Shown: positions 22,473 through 33,327 of the stretch, piece after piece
Position numbering within the stretch: position 1 is the first letter of the stretch
Layout: the number at the start of each line of letters is the position of its first letter
Virus genome (UHGV): UHGV-0171999
Source of the DNA: a virus
DNA length: 64,000 nucleotides
Strand: one strand, 5' to 3'
The notes under the pieces: generated by a model
What the model saw: the letters and a program-made list of their open reading frames with translations, nothing else
What the model was told of the DNA's origin: nothing
The model's database searches: none
Made by a program: the position numbers and the translations under genes

Positions 22473-22480
22473 TATAAATA
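22473..22480 (+). promoter_or_regulatory. T4 late promoter TATAAATA upstream of alt
   Basis: Exact TATAAATA 21 nt before the alt ATG. Confidence 0.5.
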
Positions 22481-22500
22481 GAATAAACACTAGAGAGGAT

Positions 22501-24597
22501 ATGATGGAACTCATTACAGAATTATTTGACGAAGATACTACTCTTCCGATTACAAACTTAAATCCAAAGAAGAAAATACCGCAAATTTTTTCAGTTCATG
22601 TTGATGACGCAATTGAACAACCAGGCTTTCGTTTATGTACCTATACATCTGGAGGTGATACTAATCGCGATTTAAAGATGGGCGATAAAATGATGCATAT
22701 TGTTCCTTTTACATTAACTGCTAAAGGCTCAATTGCTAAATTAAAAGGTCTCGGTCCAAGCCCAATTAATTACATCAATTCAGTTTTTACTGTTGCAATG
22801 CAAACAATGCGTCAATATAAAATTGATGCCTGTATGCTTCGTATTCTTAAGTCTAAAACTGCTGGCCAAGCTCGTCAAATTCAAGTTATTGCTGATAGAC
22901 TTATCCGTAGTCGTTCAGGCGGCAGATACGTCCTTCTTAAGGAACTCTGGGACTATGATAAAAAGTATGCATATATTCTTATACATCGCAAAAATGTATC
23001 ACTAGAAGACATTCCAGGAGTTCCAGAAATTAGTACCGAGCTCTTTACTAAAGTTGAATCGAAAGTCGGTGATGTTTATATCAATAAAGATACCGGAGCT
23101 CAAGTAACTAAAAATGAGGCAATTGCAGCATCTATTGCGCAAGAAAATGATAAACGTTCTGACCAAGCTGTAATCGTTAAAGTTAAAATTTCCCGTAGAG
23201 CAATTGCACAAAGTCAATCGTTAGAATCTTCTAGATTTGAAAGTGAATTATTCCAGAAGTATGAATCTACCGCAGCTAATTTCAATAAACCTGCTACCGC
23301 TCCTTTAATTCCCGAAGCAGAAGAAATGAAGCTTGGAATTAATTCATTAGCTTCTAAAACTAAGGCAGCAAAAATCATTGCCGAAGGAACTGCAGATGAA
23401 CTTCACTATGATTATAAATTCTTTTCAAAAAGTGAGGTTAATGAAGTTTCTGAAAAAATTAAAGATGTAATTCTTAATGCGATTAAAAATGAACCGACTA
23501 CTTCAATAAAATGTTTAGAGAAATACGCAGCAGCTGTTAATCAACTCTTTGAAGAATATAAAGATAATTGGCTTGATAAACATAATAAAACACGTAAAGG
23601 ACAGCCAGATGAAGTCTGGGAAGAAATAACTAAAAATTCCTGGAACGCAGCAAAAACTAAATTCATCAAAAGAATGATTTACAGCTTTTCTGGAATTGGT
23701 GCAGGTCCAATGATTGATATTACTATTGCCCGCGATGGTTCTAAATATACTCCATCACAAAAGCGCGGCATTAGAGAGTATTGTGGTTCAGGATATACTG
23801 ACATCAATAATCTTCTTTTAGGACGCTACAATCCAGAACGATATGATGTAATGAGTGAAAAAGAAATTGAATCTGCTATAAATAACTTAGATTCAGCTTT
23901 TGAAAATGGTGACCGTATACCAGAAGGCATTACAGTTTATCGTGCTCAAAGCATGACTGCTCCTATATACGAAGCACTAGTTAAAAATAAAGTGTTCTAT
24001 TTCAGAAATTTTGTATCTACTTCTTTAACTCCTATCATTTTTGGACGTTTTGGAATTACACATGCTGGTATTGGTCTTTTAGAACCAGAAGCTCGTAATG
24101 AATTAACAGTTGATAAAAATGAAGAAGGAATAACTATTAATCCAAGCGAAATAAGAGCGTATAAAGAAAATCCTGAATACGTTAAAGTTCAAATAGGATG
24201 GGCAATTGATGGAGCTCATAAAGTTAATGTTGTATATCCAGGAAGTCTCGGAATAGCAACAGAAGCTGAAGTAATTCTACCACGCGGATTGATGGTCAAA
24301 GTCAATAAAATAACTGATGCTTCTAATAATGATGGAACAACATCTAATAATACAAAACTCATTCAAGCTGAAGTTATGACTACGGAAGAACTCACCGAAT
24401 CAGTCATTTATGACGGTGACCGTCTAATGGAAACTGGTGAAGTAGTTGCAATGACAGGTGATATTGAAATAGAAGACAGAGTTGACTTTGCATCATTTGT
24501 TTCATCAAATGTTAAACAAAAAGTAGAATCATCTCTTGGAATTATTGCATCTTGCATAGATATTACAAACATTCCTTACAAGTTCGTTCAAGGATAA
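22501..24597 (+). CDS. alt: Alt ADP-ribosyltransferase (virion-packaged)
   Basis: N-terminus MELITELFDEDTTLPITNLNPKKK; C-terminal ART motifs YRAQ, FVSTSL, EAEVILPRG; tandem ATG at 22501 and 22504. Confidence 0.85.
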   Translation: MMELITELFDEDTTLPITNLNPKKKIPQIFSVHVDDAIEQPGFRLCTYTSGGDTNRDLKMGDKMMHIVPFTLTAKGSIAKLKGLGPSPINYINSVFTVAMQTMRQYKIDACMLRILKSKTAGQARQIQVIADRLIRSRSGGRYVLLKELWDYDKKYAYILIHRKNVSLEDIPGVPEISTELFTKVESKVGDVYINKDTGAQVTKNEAIAASIAQENDKRSDQAVIVKVKISRRAIAQSQSLESSRFESELFQKYESTAANFNKPATAPLIPEAEEMKLGINSLASKTKAAKIIAEGTADELHYDYKFFSKSEVNEVSEKIKDVILNAIKNEPTTSIKCLEKYAAAVNQLFEEYKDNWLDKHNKTRKGQPDEVWEEITKNSWNAAKTKFIKRMIYSFSGIGAGPMIDITIARDGSKYTPSQKRGIREYCGSGYTDINNLLLGRYNPERYDVMSEKEIESAINNLDSAFENGDRIPEGITVYRAQSMTAPIYEALVKNKVFYFRNFVSTSLTPIIFGRFGITHAGIGLLEPEARNELTVDKNEEGITINPSEIRAYKENPEYVKVQIGWAIDGAHKVNVVYPGSLGIATEAEVILPRGLMVKVNKITDASNNDGTTSNNTKLIQAEVMTTEELTESVIYDGDRLMETGEVVAMTGDIEIEDRVDFASFVSSNVKQKVESSLGIIASCIDITNIPYKFVQG

Positions 24598-24600
24598 ATC

Positions 24601-26658
24601 ATGGAACTTATTACAGAATTATTTGACGGCGCTTCGGCGCCGGTTGTTAACTTAAATCCGAAGCATAAAATACCTCAAATTTTTGCTATTCAAGCAGGCG
24701 AAGAAAGTGTGCTTCCTGGATTTAGATTTTGTACATACACCTCCGGTGGTGATACAAATAAAAACGTTAAACCAGGCGATAAAATGATGCATATCGTAAT
24801 GATAGGTGTCAACGAAAAATTATCATTAGTCAAACTTAAAAACTTGGGTGGAAATCCAATTGGTGTCATTAATGCGGTTTTTGATACTGCTCTTCAAACA
24901 ATGAAACAGTATAAAATTGACGCATGCCTATTCCGCGTACTAAAAAGTAAAACAAATGGCGCAGCTCGTCAAATGCAAGTTATTGCTGACCGTTTAGTAC
25001 GTACTAAAGGAGCAGGTCGATATGTTCTTTTAAAGGAAATCTGGGACTATGATAAAAAGTATGCATATATTATGGTTTACCGTAAAAATGCTAATTTAGA
25101 AGACATTCCAGGTGTACCTCCTATTTCAACAGAGCTATTCACAAAAGTTGAATCAAAGGTCGGTGATGTTTATGTAGACGTTAAAACAGGTAATGCTGTT
25201 CCTAAAGCTGTCGCAGTTGCTGCTTCTATTGCTTTGGAAAATGATAAACGTACTGATCAAGCGGTTATTCAGAAAACTAAAATCAGTCGTCGATTAGCAG
25301 CACAAGCTCAATATTCTACTGTCGATGCTTCGCTCCAGGGTGATAGCTTCGCTGCCAAGAAATATCAAGAGTTTGAATCTAAAGTTCCGGTATATAAAGC
25401 AGAAGGACCAATGAACTCTGGTGTTATTCAGATTGGTTCCAACTTCAGCAAAGGAGCTATCGGTGGTATGAGAAGTGCTTCTCGTTTTAAATCTAACGAT
25501 TATGAACTAGAAAGCTTCCGAAATCATATTGCATTGGCCCATGCGCGTTTACGTGACCCATCTATCAAGCTGCAGAGCGATATAACATATCAAGGTTCTC
25601 AAGAATATTTAAAGAATAAAGAATTCTTTGATTATAAAACTGATAAAATTTTAAGCGATCTTGCTGACATTAATATTTCTAATAGCTTTGATGTTATTAA
25701 GAAAATTGTCAATGATTTAGTTAAAGGTTCTAAAGCCACGCCAGATGAAAAGGTAGCTATTGTTCAATTTGTCATGAATGGCATTTATAAATTGATTAAT
25801 GAGTCTGCTTCTCAAGCGTATGAATATGCAAGTACTGAAGTACCCCCAAAAGGATTAACTCAGGCTGAGTCCGATGTAATTGAAGATTATTGTGCAGATT
25901 CATATGTTGAAATGAACTCGTTCCTTTTGGGTAAACCAGATTCTACCCGTGAAGAATACATGGAACGAGCTATTAAACACATCGAGACAATGGATTCTGC
26001 CTTTGCCAAAGGATCAGTTCTTCCTCCAGGAACTACACTTTACCGTGGGCAAGAAGTTACCTTTAAAACTTTACGTCATAATATTGAAAATAAAATGTTC
26101 TATTTCAAGAACTTCGTATCCACATCGCTTAAACCAAATATCTTCGGTGAGTATGGTAAAAACTATATGGCTCTAGATGATTCCGGAACAGTATTTTCTG
26201 GTGAAGGAGAAGGTTCAGTTGATGCTGAAGATTTAATGCATATGGGTAGTCATTCTGCATATGCTAATGAAGATGCTGAAACTAGCGTAGGTATGGTAAT
26301 AAAAGGAGCTGAGCGAATTAAAGTTATCGTTCCAGGTCATTTATCAGGATTTCCATCAGAAGCTGAAGTTATTTTACCACGTGGAATTTTGCTGAAGATT
26401 AATAAAGTGAGCACGTATATGATGAAAGAAACTGCTTATAACAAGTATTTAATCGAAGGCACAATCGTTCCTCCTTCTGAACAATTAGAAGAATCGGTAT
26501 ATGATGGTGATCATCTAATGGAAACTGGTGAAGTTCGTCCAATGGCTGGATTTAATCAATTCCTTGTAGAAGAATCAAAAGAAGAGGAAAACGAAGTTTC
26601 TCAAATCTTGGCTTCTTTGGTTAACATCAACGGAATGTCTAAAAAGTTCAAGATGTAG
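24601..26658 (+). CDS. Alt-like ADP-ribosyltransferase paralog
   Basis: 685 aa, 3 bp after alt; conserved N-terminal region; ART motifs YRGQ, FVSTSL, EAEVILPRG intact. Confidence 0.8.
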   Translation: MELITELFDGASAPVVNLNPKHKIPQIFAIQAGEESVLPGFRFCTYTSGGDTNKNVKPGDKMMHIVMIGVNEKLSLVKLKNLGGNPIGVINAVFDTALQTMKQYKIDACLFRVLKSKTNGAARQMQVIADRLVRTKGAGRYVLLKEIWDYDKKYAYIMVYRKNANLEDIPGVPPISTELFTKVESKVGDVYVDVKTGNAVPKAVAVAASIALENDKRTDQAVIQKTKISRRLAAQAQYSTVDASLQGDSFAAKKYQEFESKVPVYKAEGPMNSGVIQIGSNFSKGAIGGMRSASRFKSNDYELESFRNHIALAHARLRDPSIKLQSDITYQGSQEYLKNKEFFDYKTDKILSDLADINISNSFDVIKKIVNDLVKGSKATPDEKVAIVQFVMNGIYKLINESASQAYEYASTEVPPKGLTQAESDVIEDYCADSYVEMNSFLLGKPDSTREEYMERAIKHIETMDSAFAKGSVLPPGTTLYRGQEVTFKTLRHNIENKMFYFKNFVSTSLKPNIFGEYGKNYMALDDSGTVFSGEGEGSVDAEDLMHMGSHSAYANEDAETSVGMVIKGAERIKVIVPGHLSGFPSEAEVILPRGILLKINKVSTYMMKETAYNKYLIEGTIVPPSEQLEESVYDGDHLMETGEVRPMAGFNQFLVEESKEEENEVSQILASLVNINGMSKKFKM

Positions 26659-26711
26659 TTTACAAGTCTCTCGTGTTGTGTTATAGTAGACTTACTGACA
26701 TAACATGAGGA
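26658..26711 (+). repeat. 54-bp promoter-leader direct repeat, copy B
   Basis: Matches 11389-11442 at 53 of 54 positions; begins on the G of the alt-paralog TAG stop. Confidence 0.85.
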
Positions 26712-26718
26712 ACACAAA

Positions 26719-27009
26719 ATGAAATCTTCTTTGCGCTTTTTAGGTCAAGAACTTGTAGTTGAAGGCGTTATTCCTGTTGATAACGCTTTTAATGAAGCAG
26801 TTTATGATGAATTCATTAAAATTTTCGGAACCGATAAAAAGTTTGGAATTTTTCCTTCTGAAAATTTTTCAAAGCCAGAACAGACTGAAAGTATTTTCCA
26901 AGGTGTAGTAACAGGTAAATTTGAGTCAGAAGCTCCGGTAAAAATTGAAGTTTATATTGAAGACAGTTTAGTTGCTTCAGTTGCTGCTTTTATTTCATTC
27001 CGTAAATAA
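26719..27009 (+). CDS. hypothetical protein
   Basis: 96-aa ORF fed by repeat copy B. Confidence 0.5.
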   Translation: MKSSLRFLGQELVVEGVIPVDNAFNEAVYDEFIKIFGTDKKFGIFPSENFSKPEQTESIFQGVVTGKFESEAPVKIEVYIEDSLVASVAAFISFRK

Positions 27010-27015
27010 AAATAT

Positions 27016-27033
27016 GGGGACCTTTCGGTCCCC
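27016..27033. terminator. Bidirectional terminator between convergent genes
   Basis: GGGGACC-TTTC-GGTCCCC with T-rich flanks on both strands. Confidence 0.65.
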
Positions 27034-27037
27034 ATTG

Positions 27038-28003
27038 TTATATTGCTCCTAATATTTTACTTTGCGAGTTGACAATTCCCGTCATAGTATTAATGTTTGA
27101 AATGCTTCCTGCAGTTCCTCCTAATCTACTAAGTCGTGAAAGCGAATTAGATAATCCAGTAACACCTCCACTATTTCCGAGAACGCTTTGAATGCCATTT
27201 ATAGCAGCAGATTCAAGCCACTCAAGCGCAGCTTGTCTATCAACTGACCCAGCCTGCATGACTCTATACGCAAAAGTAACATCAAATGTAGTTATTTGGT
27301 TATCTCCATCGTATGATAACTCAGGAGCGCTCACTGACACTGGAATGCATCCGGTGAACATCACCGCAGTATGAGGTAATCCATTACGAGCATGAAGATT
27401 AACCTGAATATCTGCCTCGACATCTTGTGGCAAAGCACGCAATCCAGTTACTGGGTCTTGAACAGAGTTAACCCAGTCTTGCATTGCACGATAGTTACAA
27501 GCTTCTGAATCCATTCTAAATGAAATAACCAAAGGGTCTAATTCTCTCCCAGTTATACGAATATTAGGAGAATTATAGTTCCAGTCAGTTTCATAGGATA
27601 ATCTATTCTCTGGCATTTTTACAGAATATATCATCAATCCAGATGAGTTATATGCCATGTTAAAGAAGTCAATTAAATATGTACCAACTGTAAATGAGCC
27701 CAATAAACTTTGAACTGTACGTTGACTCATGGCACCAATAAGATATTTACTAACTCCTGATTTTCTTATCAGTTTTTGTGTGCCAGCAGTAATTAGCGTG
27801 GTAATTCCCTGATTAATATCGCCTTGAGTCAATCCTAACCAATCTGAATTTAGGCCCAAGTTATTATAAGAAAAGTTGCTAATTGAACTTATCAACGAAG
27901 AGCTTTTAGTTGATGGAGTTGTGGCAAAAACGCAGCTAAACATATTATTACGTTGGAAATCTGCGTTTATTGCTTGATTATTAAATTCCTCTAAAGAATA
28001 CAT
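27038..28003 (-). CDS. 54: gp54 baseplate tail-tube initiator
   Basis: 321 aa; synteny 54-48-29-28-27-51. Confidence 0.9.
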   Translation of the reverse strand: MYSLEEFNNQAINADFQRNNMFSCVFATTPSTKSSSLISSISNFSYNNLGLNSDWLGLTQGDINQGITTLITAGTQKLIRKSGVSKYLIGAMSQRTVQSLLGSFTVGTYLIDFFNMAYNSSGLMIYSVKMPENRLSYETDWNYNSPNIRITGRELDPLVISFRMDSEACNYRAMQDWVNSVQDPVTGLRALPQDVEADIQVNLHARNGLPHTAVMFTGCIPVSVSAPELSYDGDNQITTFDVTFAYRVMQAGSVDRQAALEWLESAAINGIQSVLGNSGGVTGLSNSLSRLSRLGGTAGSISNINTMTGIVNSQSKILGAI

Positions 28004-29097
28004 TAAAAAGTCCCCGCATATAAAGAAGCACGGTTTAACGTGATAATTTCTCTCATAGTAATCTCAAGAGTAAATGTACTAGGGAGGTTTGGAGCAATAG
28101 CTAATCCGTTAAAGTTACCATTAGGTGTTTTATCAAATCTGATGCTCTGTATTTGGCATGGACCAAATATTTCAGTTTTTCCATCAAACTTAGATGTTGC
28201 ACCAAAGTTTTTCACCATCCAAATTGTCGGGTTTGAAACTACTAGAACGTTAGTTAAACTCGATGTCATTTTCTCAAATAGTGTTTTATTTTTAGCTGCG
28301 TCTTCCGGAGATAAAGGTTCAATTAACGTAGAACGATACCAATCATCCAAATACCCCTTTATTTCAGCAGCATATTGAGATTTGCCCGTTTTACCATAAG
28401 AAAAATAGTTAAAATATTGATAGATATTGATAATAGCCATCAAATCTTCTGTTGAGCGTGGAGTCAAATCCCATGTAAACACTTTAGTTCTATTCTCAGC
28501 ACCACCATACATACTTCTGGCTGTCGTATAAATCTGTTCATTATTATCAGCCATTATACCCTGTGTTATACTTTCCAGTGCCCCAAATACTGCAGTTGAA
28601 GCAATATTACTTAACACGCCAGTAGCAGTACCTCCGCCTCTGCTGATAAGACTTTCTTGAACATCGTTAAATCTATGTGATGATGTATCAACATCAGATT
28701 TAGATCTCGGTAAAAGAATGTTTGCGACAGGAGCTTTACTTATTGTTCCTGAATTATTGTTTGATATTAATCCATTTGATAGTTTTGATACTGTACTACT
28801 AATAGTGTTTCTAGCTGTACTTAAAATACTCGAAGATGAAGAAGAGTAGTTAGATCTCATCGATCTAAGACTTCCAGAATCCCTAGATGACATATTGTAT
28901 GCAGTAAATAATAATCCATTCTTATATAGATCTGTTACCTGGAAGTCCCCTGTAGTGTCATTACCACTAGCACGCCCAGTTGGAAACTGGGCAGTGTATG
29001 TTTTAGTTGCTACTTCTGATTTAGTACTCTGTCCGGCTGAAATTTTCTCACCGGACTTTTTAATTAAATCAGCAGTTATTTCTTTAACAATTGCCAT
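28003..29097 (-). CDS. 48: gp48 baseplate tail-tube junction protein
   Basis: 364 aa, same as T4 gp48. Confidence 0.9.
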   Translation of the reverse strand: MAIVKEITADLIKKSGEKISAGQSTKSEVATKTYTAQFPTGRASGNDTTGDFQVTDLYKNGLLFTAYNMSSRDSGSLRSMRSNYSSSSSSILSTARNTISSTVSKLSNGLISNNNSGTISKAPVANILLPRSKSDVDTSSHRFNDVQESLISRGGGTATGVLSNIASTAVFGALESITQGIMADNNEQIYTTARSMYGGAENRTKVFTWDLTPRSTEDLMAIINIYQYFNYFSYGKTGKSQYAAEIKGYLDDWYRSTLIEPLSPEDAAKNKTLFEKMTSSLTNVLVVSNPTIWMVKNFGATSKFDGKTEIFGPCQIQSIRFDKTPNGNFNGLAIAPNLPSTFTLEITMREIITLNRASLYAGTF

Positions 29098-29105
29098 ATT
29101 ATTCC

Positions 29106-30878
29106 TTAATTAACTCCAGTCGCATCAAATACACCAGGAGCAGTCGTGCTCGTTACGGGTGTCATATTATGAACGACAGTATTTTTCTTAACAACATTAT
29201 TAGTATTATTGATCGAAGGAGATGCTTGTTGAACAGGAGCTTGCTGTGCTTTATTCTTTTCTATTACCTGGACTTGTTTTGCTTCTGGCGATTTAGCAGA
29301 AGTTTGAGGTTTGGCATTAGGCTGATTTTTCTTGAGCTCTTGATAAGTAGCATCAATTTTAGAAAATCTAGCAGCAAGTTCTTTTTTAACTGCCGGTGAA
29401 TTATTTAAATCCGGGTCATCCATTCGTTTTTTAAGGTCTTCATAGGCAGCTTCAACTGATTTAACTGTTGAGTCTTTACTCATATCAGCTGAATCAGCAT
29501 ATTTTTCAAAACGAATCATCGCGGCACGGGCTTCATTAGCCTTCATTAAAGCATTTTTTCTTTCTTCTGGTGAAAGTTGCTTTAATTTTTCTTCTTCTGC
29601 TGCACGTTCTTCGTCGGTAGTTAGTGCTTCTTTATTATCAACGCCACGAATCCAGTTAGATGCACGAGTTTTCCAATTAGCAATTTTATCTAATCCTTTT
29701 GCTATCGGACCAAGGTCTCCGTTCATTCGTTTATCTTGATAATTTGCAACTTTTTCCTGGTCTTCTTTATTGAGAGATGCTCCAGTAGAATTTTGGAAAT
29801 TTTCTAGTGCTCTTCCTTCTACTTCATCAGCAGTATCCTTCATGCCAGGAATGACTCGAAGAATTGCAGCAGATAATTTAGCCATTCCAAGCTGAATAAG
29901 TTCTCCTAAATTATAAAGAACCTTTCCAAGCCCTTCTACAATAGCTACCGTCAAACCGCCCCAATCTCCCTCTTCCCAGAATTTTTTAATTTCATCAATA
30001 GAACTAAAGATGCTCTGTAATAAAGGACCCCATGTTCCGGTTTCGCTAGAGAATTTAGTAAAGTTTGAACTAAACAAATCCCAAGCCTGCGAAAATTTAT
30101 TTGACCAATATTTGAAATGAACCATCAACAGATCTATTCCGACAACAACAGCCAATATCATTGCAGTCATTTTAGCAGCTTCAATAGCAGCACTGACAGT
30201 ATACTTAAATAGCATGCTTGATATTTTATCAGTAATTGAAATAGATTTCTTAAATCCGAAATCAACAGTCTCTGTTAATTTATCTAAAGCTTGAGATAAT
30301 TTTAAGTTAAATGCGTCCTTTTTCTGTTTTTCTTCTGGCGATTCTTGTTTAGGTTCAACTGGCTGAGGAGTAGGGAAAAAATCAGCATCAGGATCATTAT
30401 TAACTGCTTCAGGAGCCGGTAATAAAGGACCCACAGATTCAGCTGTATCGTCCTCAACAACTTTAACAGGAATAGCGCTTTCAACCGTGGCTAAACTAGT
30501 TCCTGTTTGTTGAATTCCGGCTGTTTGGATTTTTTGCTCGAGTAAACTTGTTAATTTATCTAATTTGCTCCCGAGCGATTCACCGATTTCTTTATTAATA
30601 TTATTGCCAATTTCAACAGTTTCAGCAATTAACTCAGAACCAGCAGTAGTATCACTCACTGCGCTTTCTACGTTGTCAATTGCTCCAATTATTTCATTCG
30701 ATTTTTCTTCAACAGTTTGAGCAATTAATTCAGAAGCAGCTTGAGCATCATCCAATTTCGTAGATATATCGTTAAGTCCAGATAAAGTGTTGGAAGCGGA
30801 TTTAGCCGCTTCCTGTGTTGGTTTATTATCTGAAATAACTTTTCTACGCATCGTTTGCATTTCTTGTGGCTTTTTCAT
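29106..30878 (-). CDS. 29: gp29 tail tape-measure / baseplate hub protein
   Basis: 590 aa, same as T4 gp29. Confidence 0.9.
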   Translation of the reverse strand: MKKPQEMQTMRRKVISDNKPTQEAAKSASNTLSGLNDISTKLDDAQAASELIAQTVEEKSNEIIGAIDNVESAVSDTTAGSELIAETVEIGNNINKEIGESLGSKLDKLTSLLEQKIQTAGIQQTGTSLATVESAIPVKVVEDDTAESVGPLLPAPEAVNNDPDADFFPTPQPVEPKQESPEEKQKKDAFNLKLSQALDKLTETVDFGFKKSISITDKISSMLFKYTVSAAIEAAKMTAMILAVVVGIDLLMVHFKYWSNKFSQAWDLFSSNFTKFSSETGTWGPLLQSIFSSIDEIKKFWEEGDWGGLTVAIVEGLGKVLYNLGELIQLGMAKLSAAILRVIPGMKDTADEVEGRALENFQNSTGASLNKEDQEKVANYQDKRMNGDLGPIAKGLDKIANWKTRASNWIRGVDNKEALTTDEERAAEEEKLKQLSPEERKNALMKANEARAAMIRFEKYADSADMSKDSTVKSVEAAYEDLKKRMDDPDLNNSPAVKKELAARFSKIDATYQELKKNQPNAKPQTSAKSPEAKQVQVIEKNKAQQAPVQQASPSINNTNNVVKKNTVVHNMTPVTSTTAPGVFDATGVN

Positions 30879-31408
30879 TCAAATAATCCAATAATATTGC
30901 CAATTCCGGTTATTGGACCATTAGGGCCAGGAATTGCTAAAGTTGTAAAAATATCATTTGCCCATTTTAAAACGAATGCTGGCATCTCAAGAAAATTAAT
31001 TTCTTTAACTTCATCATTGACCTTAAGCAAGCATTTGGATAACATATCGCTCACCGTTAAAAATTGTTCAAATTTTCCAGGAGGTCTAAAATAAAATGTA
31101 TTTCCTTGGTATTGAAATTCTAATCTTTGGCATACATAAACATCATTAATGTCATAAGTATAACCATCTATTTCTTTACGAGATTTAATCTTTCCATTAA
31201 ATTCCAATAAATGAATGGAAACGAAATCAACTTCTGCCGGTGATAAATTCGGACAAATAGAATCAATAAGAAGTTTTAAATTTTCATCAGGACCTTTAAC
31301 ATCTTTTAAAATGTTATAATGTTTAAGACCCATTTTAGGAATAGAAACTTCTTTATTGCTTATTGGAAGAACTACTTTCTTCAGTGGTAGTATCAGATTT
31401 AAATTCAT
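30875..31408 (-). CDS. 28: gp28 baseplate hub distal subunit
   Basis: 177 aa, same as T4 gp28. Confidence 0.85.
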   Translation of the reverse strand: MNLNLILPLKKVVLPISNKEVSIPKMGLKHYNILKDVKGPDENLKLLIDSICPNLSPAEVDFVSIHLLEFNGKIKSRKEIDGYTYDINDVYVCQRLEFQYQGNTFYFRPPGKFEQFLTVSDMLSKCLLKVNDEVKEINFLEMPAFVLKWANDIFTTLAIPGPNGPITGIGNIIGLFE

Positions 31409-32528
31409 TTTTAACCTTAACTGGGTCTATTGTTTCCAGTTTCGTTGCATTAGTGAACATATATAGATGTGTTACTGAATTATTATTGGATAATTCATGG
31501 ATAACTTCATCAACGTAAAATTCTGTTTTAAATTGGTTTTTACTATCATTAAAAATAATTTTAACGCCAGGAGTCAAGTTAAAATTACCGACAGTAGAAC
31601 ATTTAGCATAGCCGTCATATTGCGCCATAGTTTGAAGACGAATAGCTTCTTCATATCCGTTCCTATAAGTCATTTCAGAATAAGCACCTGACCTTGACAC
31701 TACAATAGAGTTTTCGCCCTTTCCTGTAGTAATCATTGGCAATGAAGAATCTAAAAATGAATGCGCATAGATAGTAGCATTTTTCATTGGGTCACGTTTG
31801 TGAGGATTCGATTTAGTCAACCAAACGAAATCATATGCTAATGGATATTTTAATTCTTGGATGAATTGACCTATTAAAGATGGCTCACCGACAATCATTG
31901 GATATGGTTCTTGATTTATCATCATATCATAGTCCATCATGTTAACTCCCATGATGTCTTGCCACACAAATACAAATTTGTCACTTCCTACAGCTAGAGC
32001 AACTTCTCTGACATATGACAAATAGTTTTCAAATGTGCTAGTCCATGGAATATCAGGAACATAAGCATTTATAGCATTTATTGCTGGAGTTAATAACGTG
32101 CGATCCTGATAAATGACACCAAGCATTTCCTTTATAGATTCACCTGCATCAGGGAAAAACGGTCTACCAAATTTAAGATTTTCTATAGAATGAATAGTTC
32201 CCAATTCAATAGCAATGATGTTATCACCCTTTGAATCTACTGACACGGAAAAATGCTTACATCCATAAATTCGTGTTTTAACATTATTAATATCGTTTGC
32301 ATTAGCTACAGAAATCTGAATTATTTCATTTCCATCCATTTTTGTATGGATGTTTTTAGAATCATAAAACTGCAGCATTCCTTCATTTCGGCCATAAAGA
32401 GAATCCCGCATAGTTAATGTGGTAATAGTAGCAGCTAATTCAACAAATCTATTATTACTCCAAGCGTCGTAGCTATCAAATAATTTAACGCTGAGATTTG
32501 GATATCCAGGGCGTTGCAACATACTCAT
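31353..32528 (-). CDS. 27: gp27 baseplate hub subunit
   Basis: 391 aa, same as T4 gp27. Confidence 0.9.
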   Translation of the reverse strand: MSMLQRPGYPNLSVKLFDSYDAWSNNRFVELAATITTLTMRDSLYGRNEGMLQFYDSKNIHTKMDGNEIIQISVANANDINNVKTRIYGCKHFSVSVDSKGDNIIAIELGTIHSIENLKFGRPFFPDAGESIKEMLGVIYQDRTLLTPAINAINAYVPDIPWTSTFENYLSYVREVALAVGSDKFVFVWQDIMGVNMMDYDMMINQEPYPMIVGEPSLIGQFIQELKYPLAYDFVWLTKSNPHKRDPMKNATIYAHSFLDSSLPMITTGKGENSIVVSRSGAYSEMTYRNGYEEAIRLQTMAQYDGYAKCSTVGNFNLTPGVKIIFNDSKNQFKTEFYVDEVIHELSNNNSVTHLYMFTNATKLETIDPVKVKNEFKSDTTTEESSSSNKQ

Positions 32529-33277
32529 TATTGTTTATCCTTCTCAATCAGTTTTAATACGAATCCGCGCTCGGCAGGAATCATTTTCATTATTGAATTT
32601 AAGCTATAATTACTTTTTACAAGTGTGTGATTAATTTGATAAAAAGTAAATATTTCATCTGGGTTAACTAATAGCTTAAACACATCTACTATATCAGTGT
32701 ATTTTTTTACATACTTATTACAACACGACATATGCAATGTTAAATTAATAGGATTCATTGCATCAAGAATTTTTTCTAATGTTTCTATCTCGATGGCGTC
32801 AACAAGCTCTATTTGACTTGATTCACTAATTTCCTTCCAATCATACCATGTTTCATCTACTTGAACAGAATGAATATTTTCAGTAATCATCTTTGCTTTA
32901 TTTTCATAAAACTCAGAAGGAAACTTTAATTTAATTTTAACATTAGCTACATCAAAAACAGGTTCCTTTAATTCTTTTTGATATATTTCAAATGGAACTG
33001 TCTTTTCTTTTTTACATTTTGGACACACAAATGTGACCGGTACCTTAGTTTTACCTATTGACCCTACAAATACCTGCAAAAATATAAATGGTTGCCAAGT
33101 CTTCGGATAGTCTCCAAAATAATCGGCAATTAAATCAGCAATTATTTCTTTTTGTTCTTGTGGTGACCGATGTTCTATATCGTTTCGAACTAACAAAAAA
33201 TCTCGATAATCTTCTACCGTAAATGGTTTAAAACGATGAACACCATCTGGTAATTTACAACGAATAATGTTTGCCAT
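32528..33277 (-). CDS. 51: gp51 baseplate hub assembly catalyst
   Basis: 249 aa, same as T4 gp51. Confidence 0.85.
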   Translation of the reverse strand: MANIIRCKLPDGVHRFKPFTVEDYRDFLLVRNDIEHRSPQEQKEIIADLIADYFGDYPKTWQPFIFLQVFVGSIGKTKVPVTFVCPKCKKEKTVPFEIYQKELKEPVFDVANVKIKLKFPSEFYENKAKMITENIHSVQVDETWYDWKEISESSQIELVDAIEIETLEKILDAMNPINLTLHMSCCNKYVKKYTDIVDVFKLLVNPDEIFTFYQINHTLVKSNYSLNSIMKMIPAERGFVLKLIEKDKQ

Positions 33278-33294
33278 AGATGCTCCTTTTATTC

Positions 33295-33306
33295 TATTTA
33301 TAAATA
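33295..33306. promoter_or_regulatory. Divergent overlapping late promoters (palindromic TATTTATAAATA) for genes 51 and 26
   Basis: TATAAATA on plus at 33299-33306 and on minus at 33302-33295. Confidence 0.55.
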
Positions 33307-33327
33307 TGATAAATAAAGGAGCTAAAT

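Noticed and set aside
30875-31408. 56-nt overlap between gene 27 and gene 28, considered as a possible frameshift or annotation error
   Set aside because: Both ORFs have the full T4 lengths (391 and 177 aa) and their own start codons; the overlap appears native.
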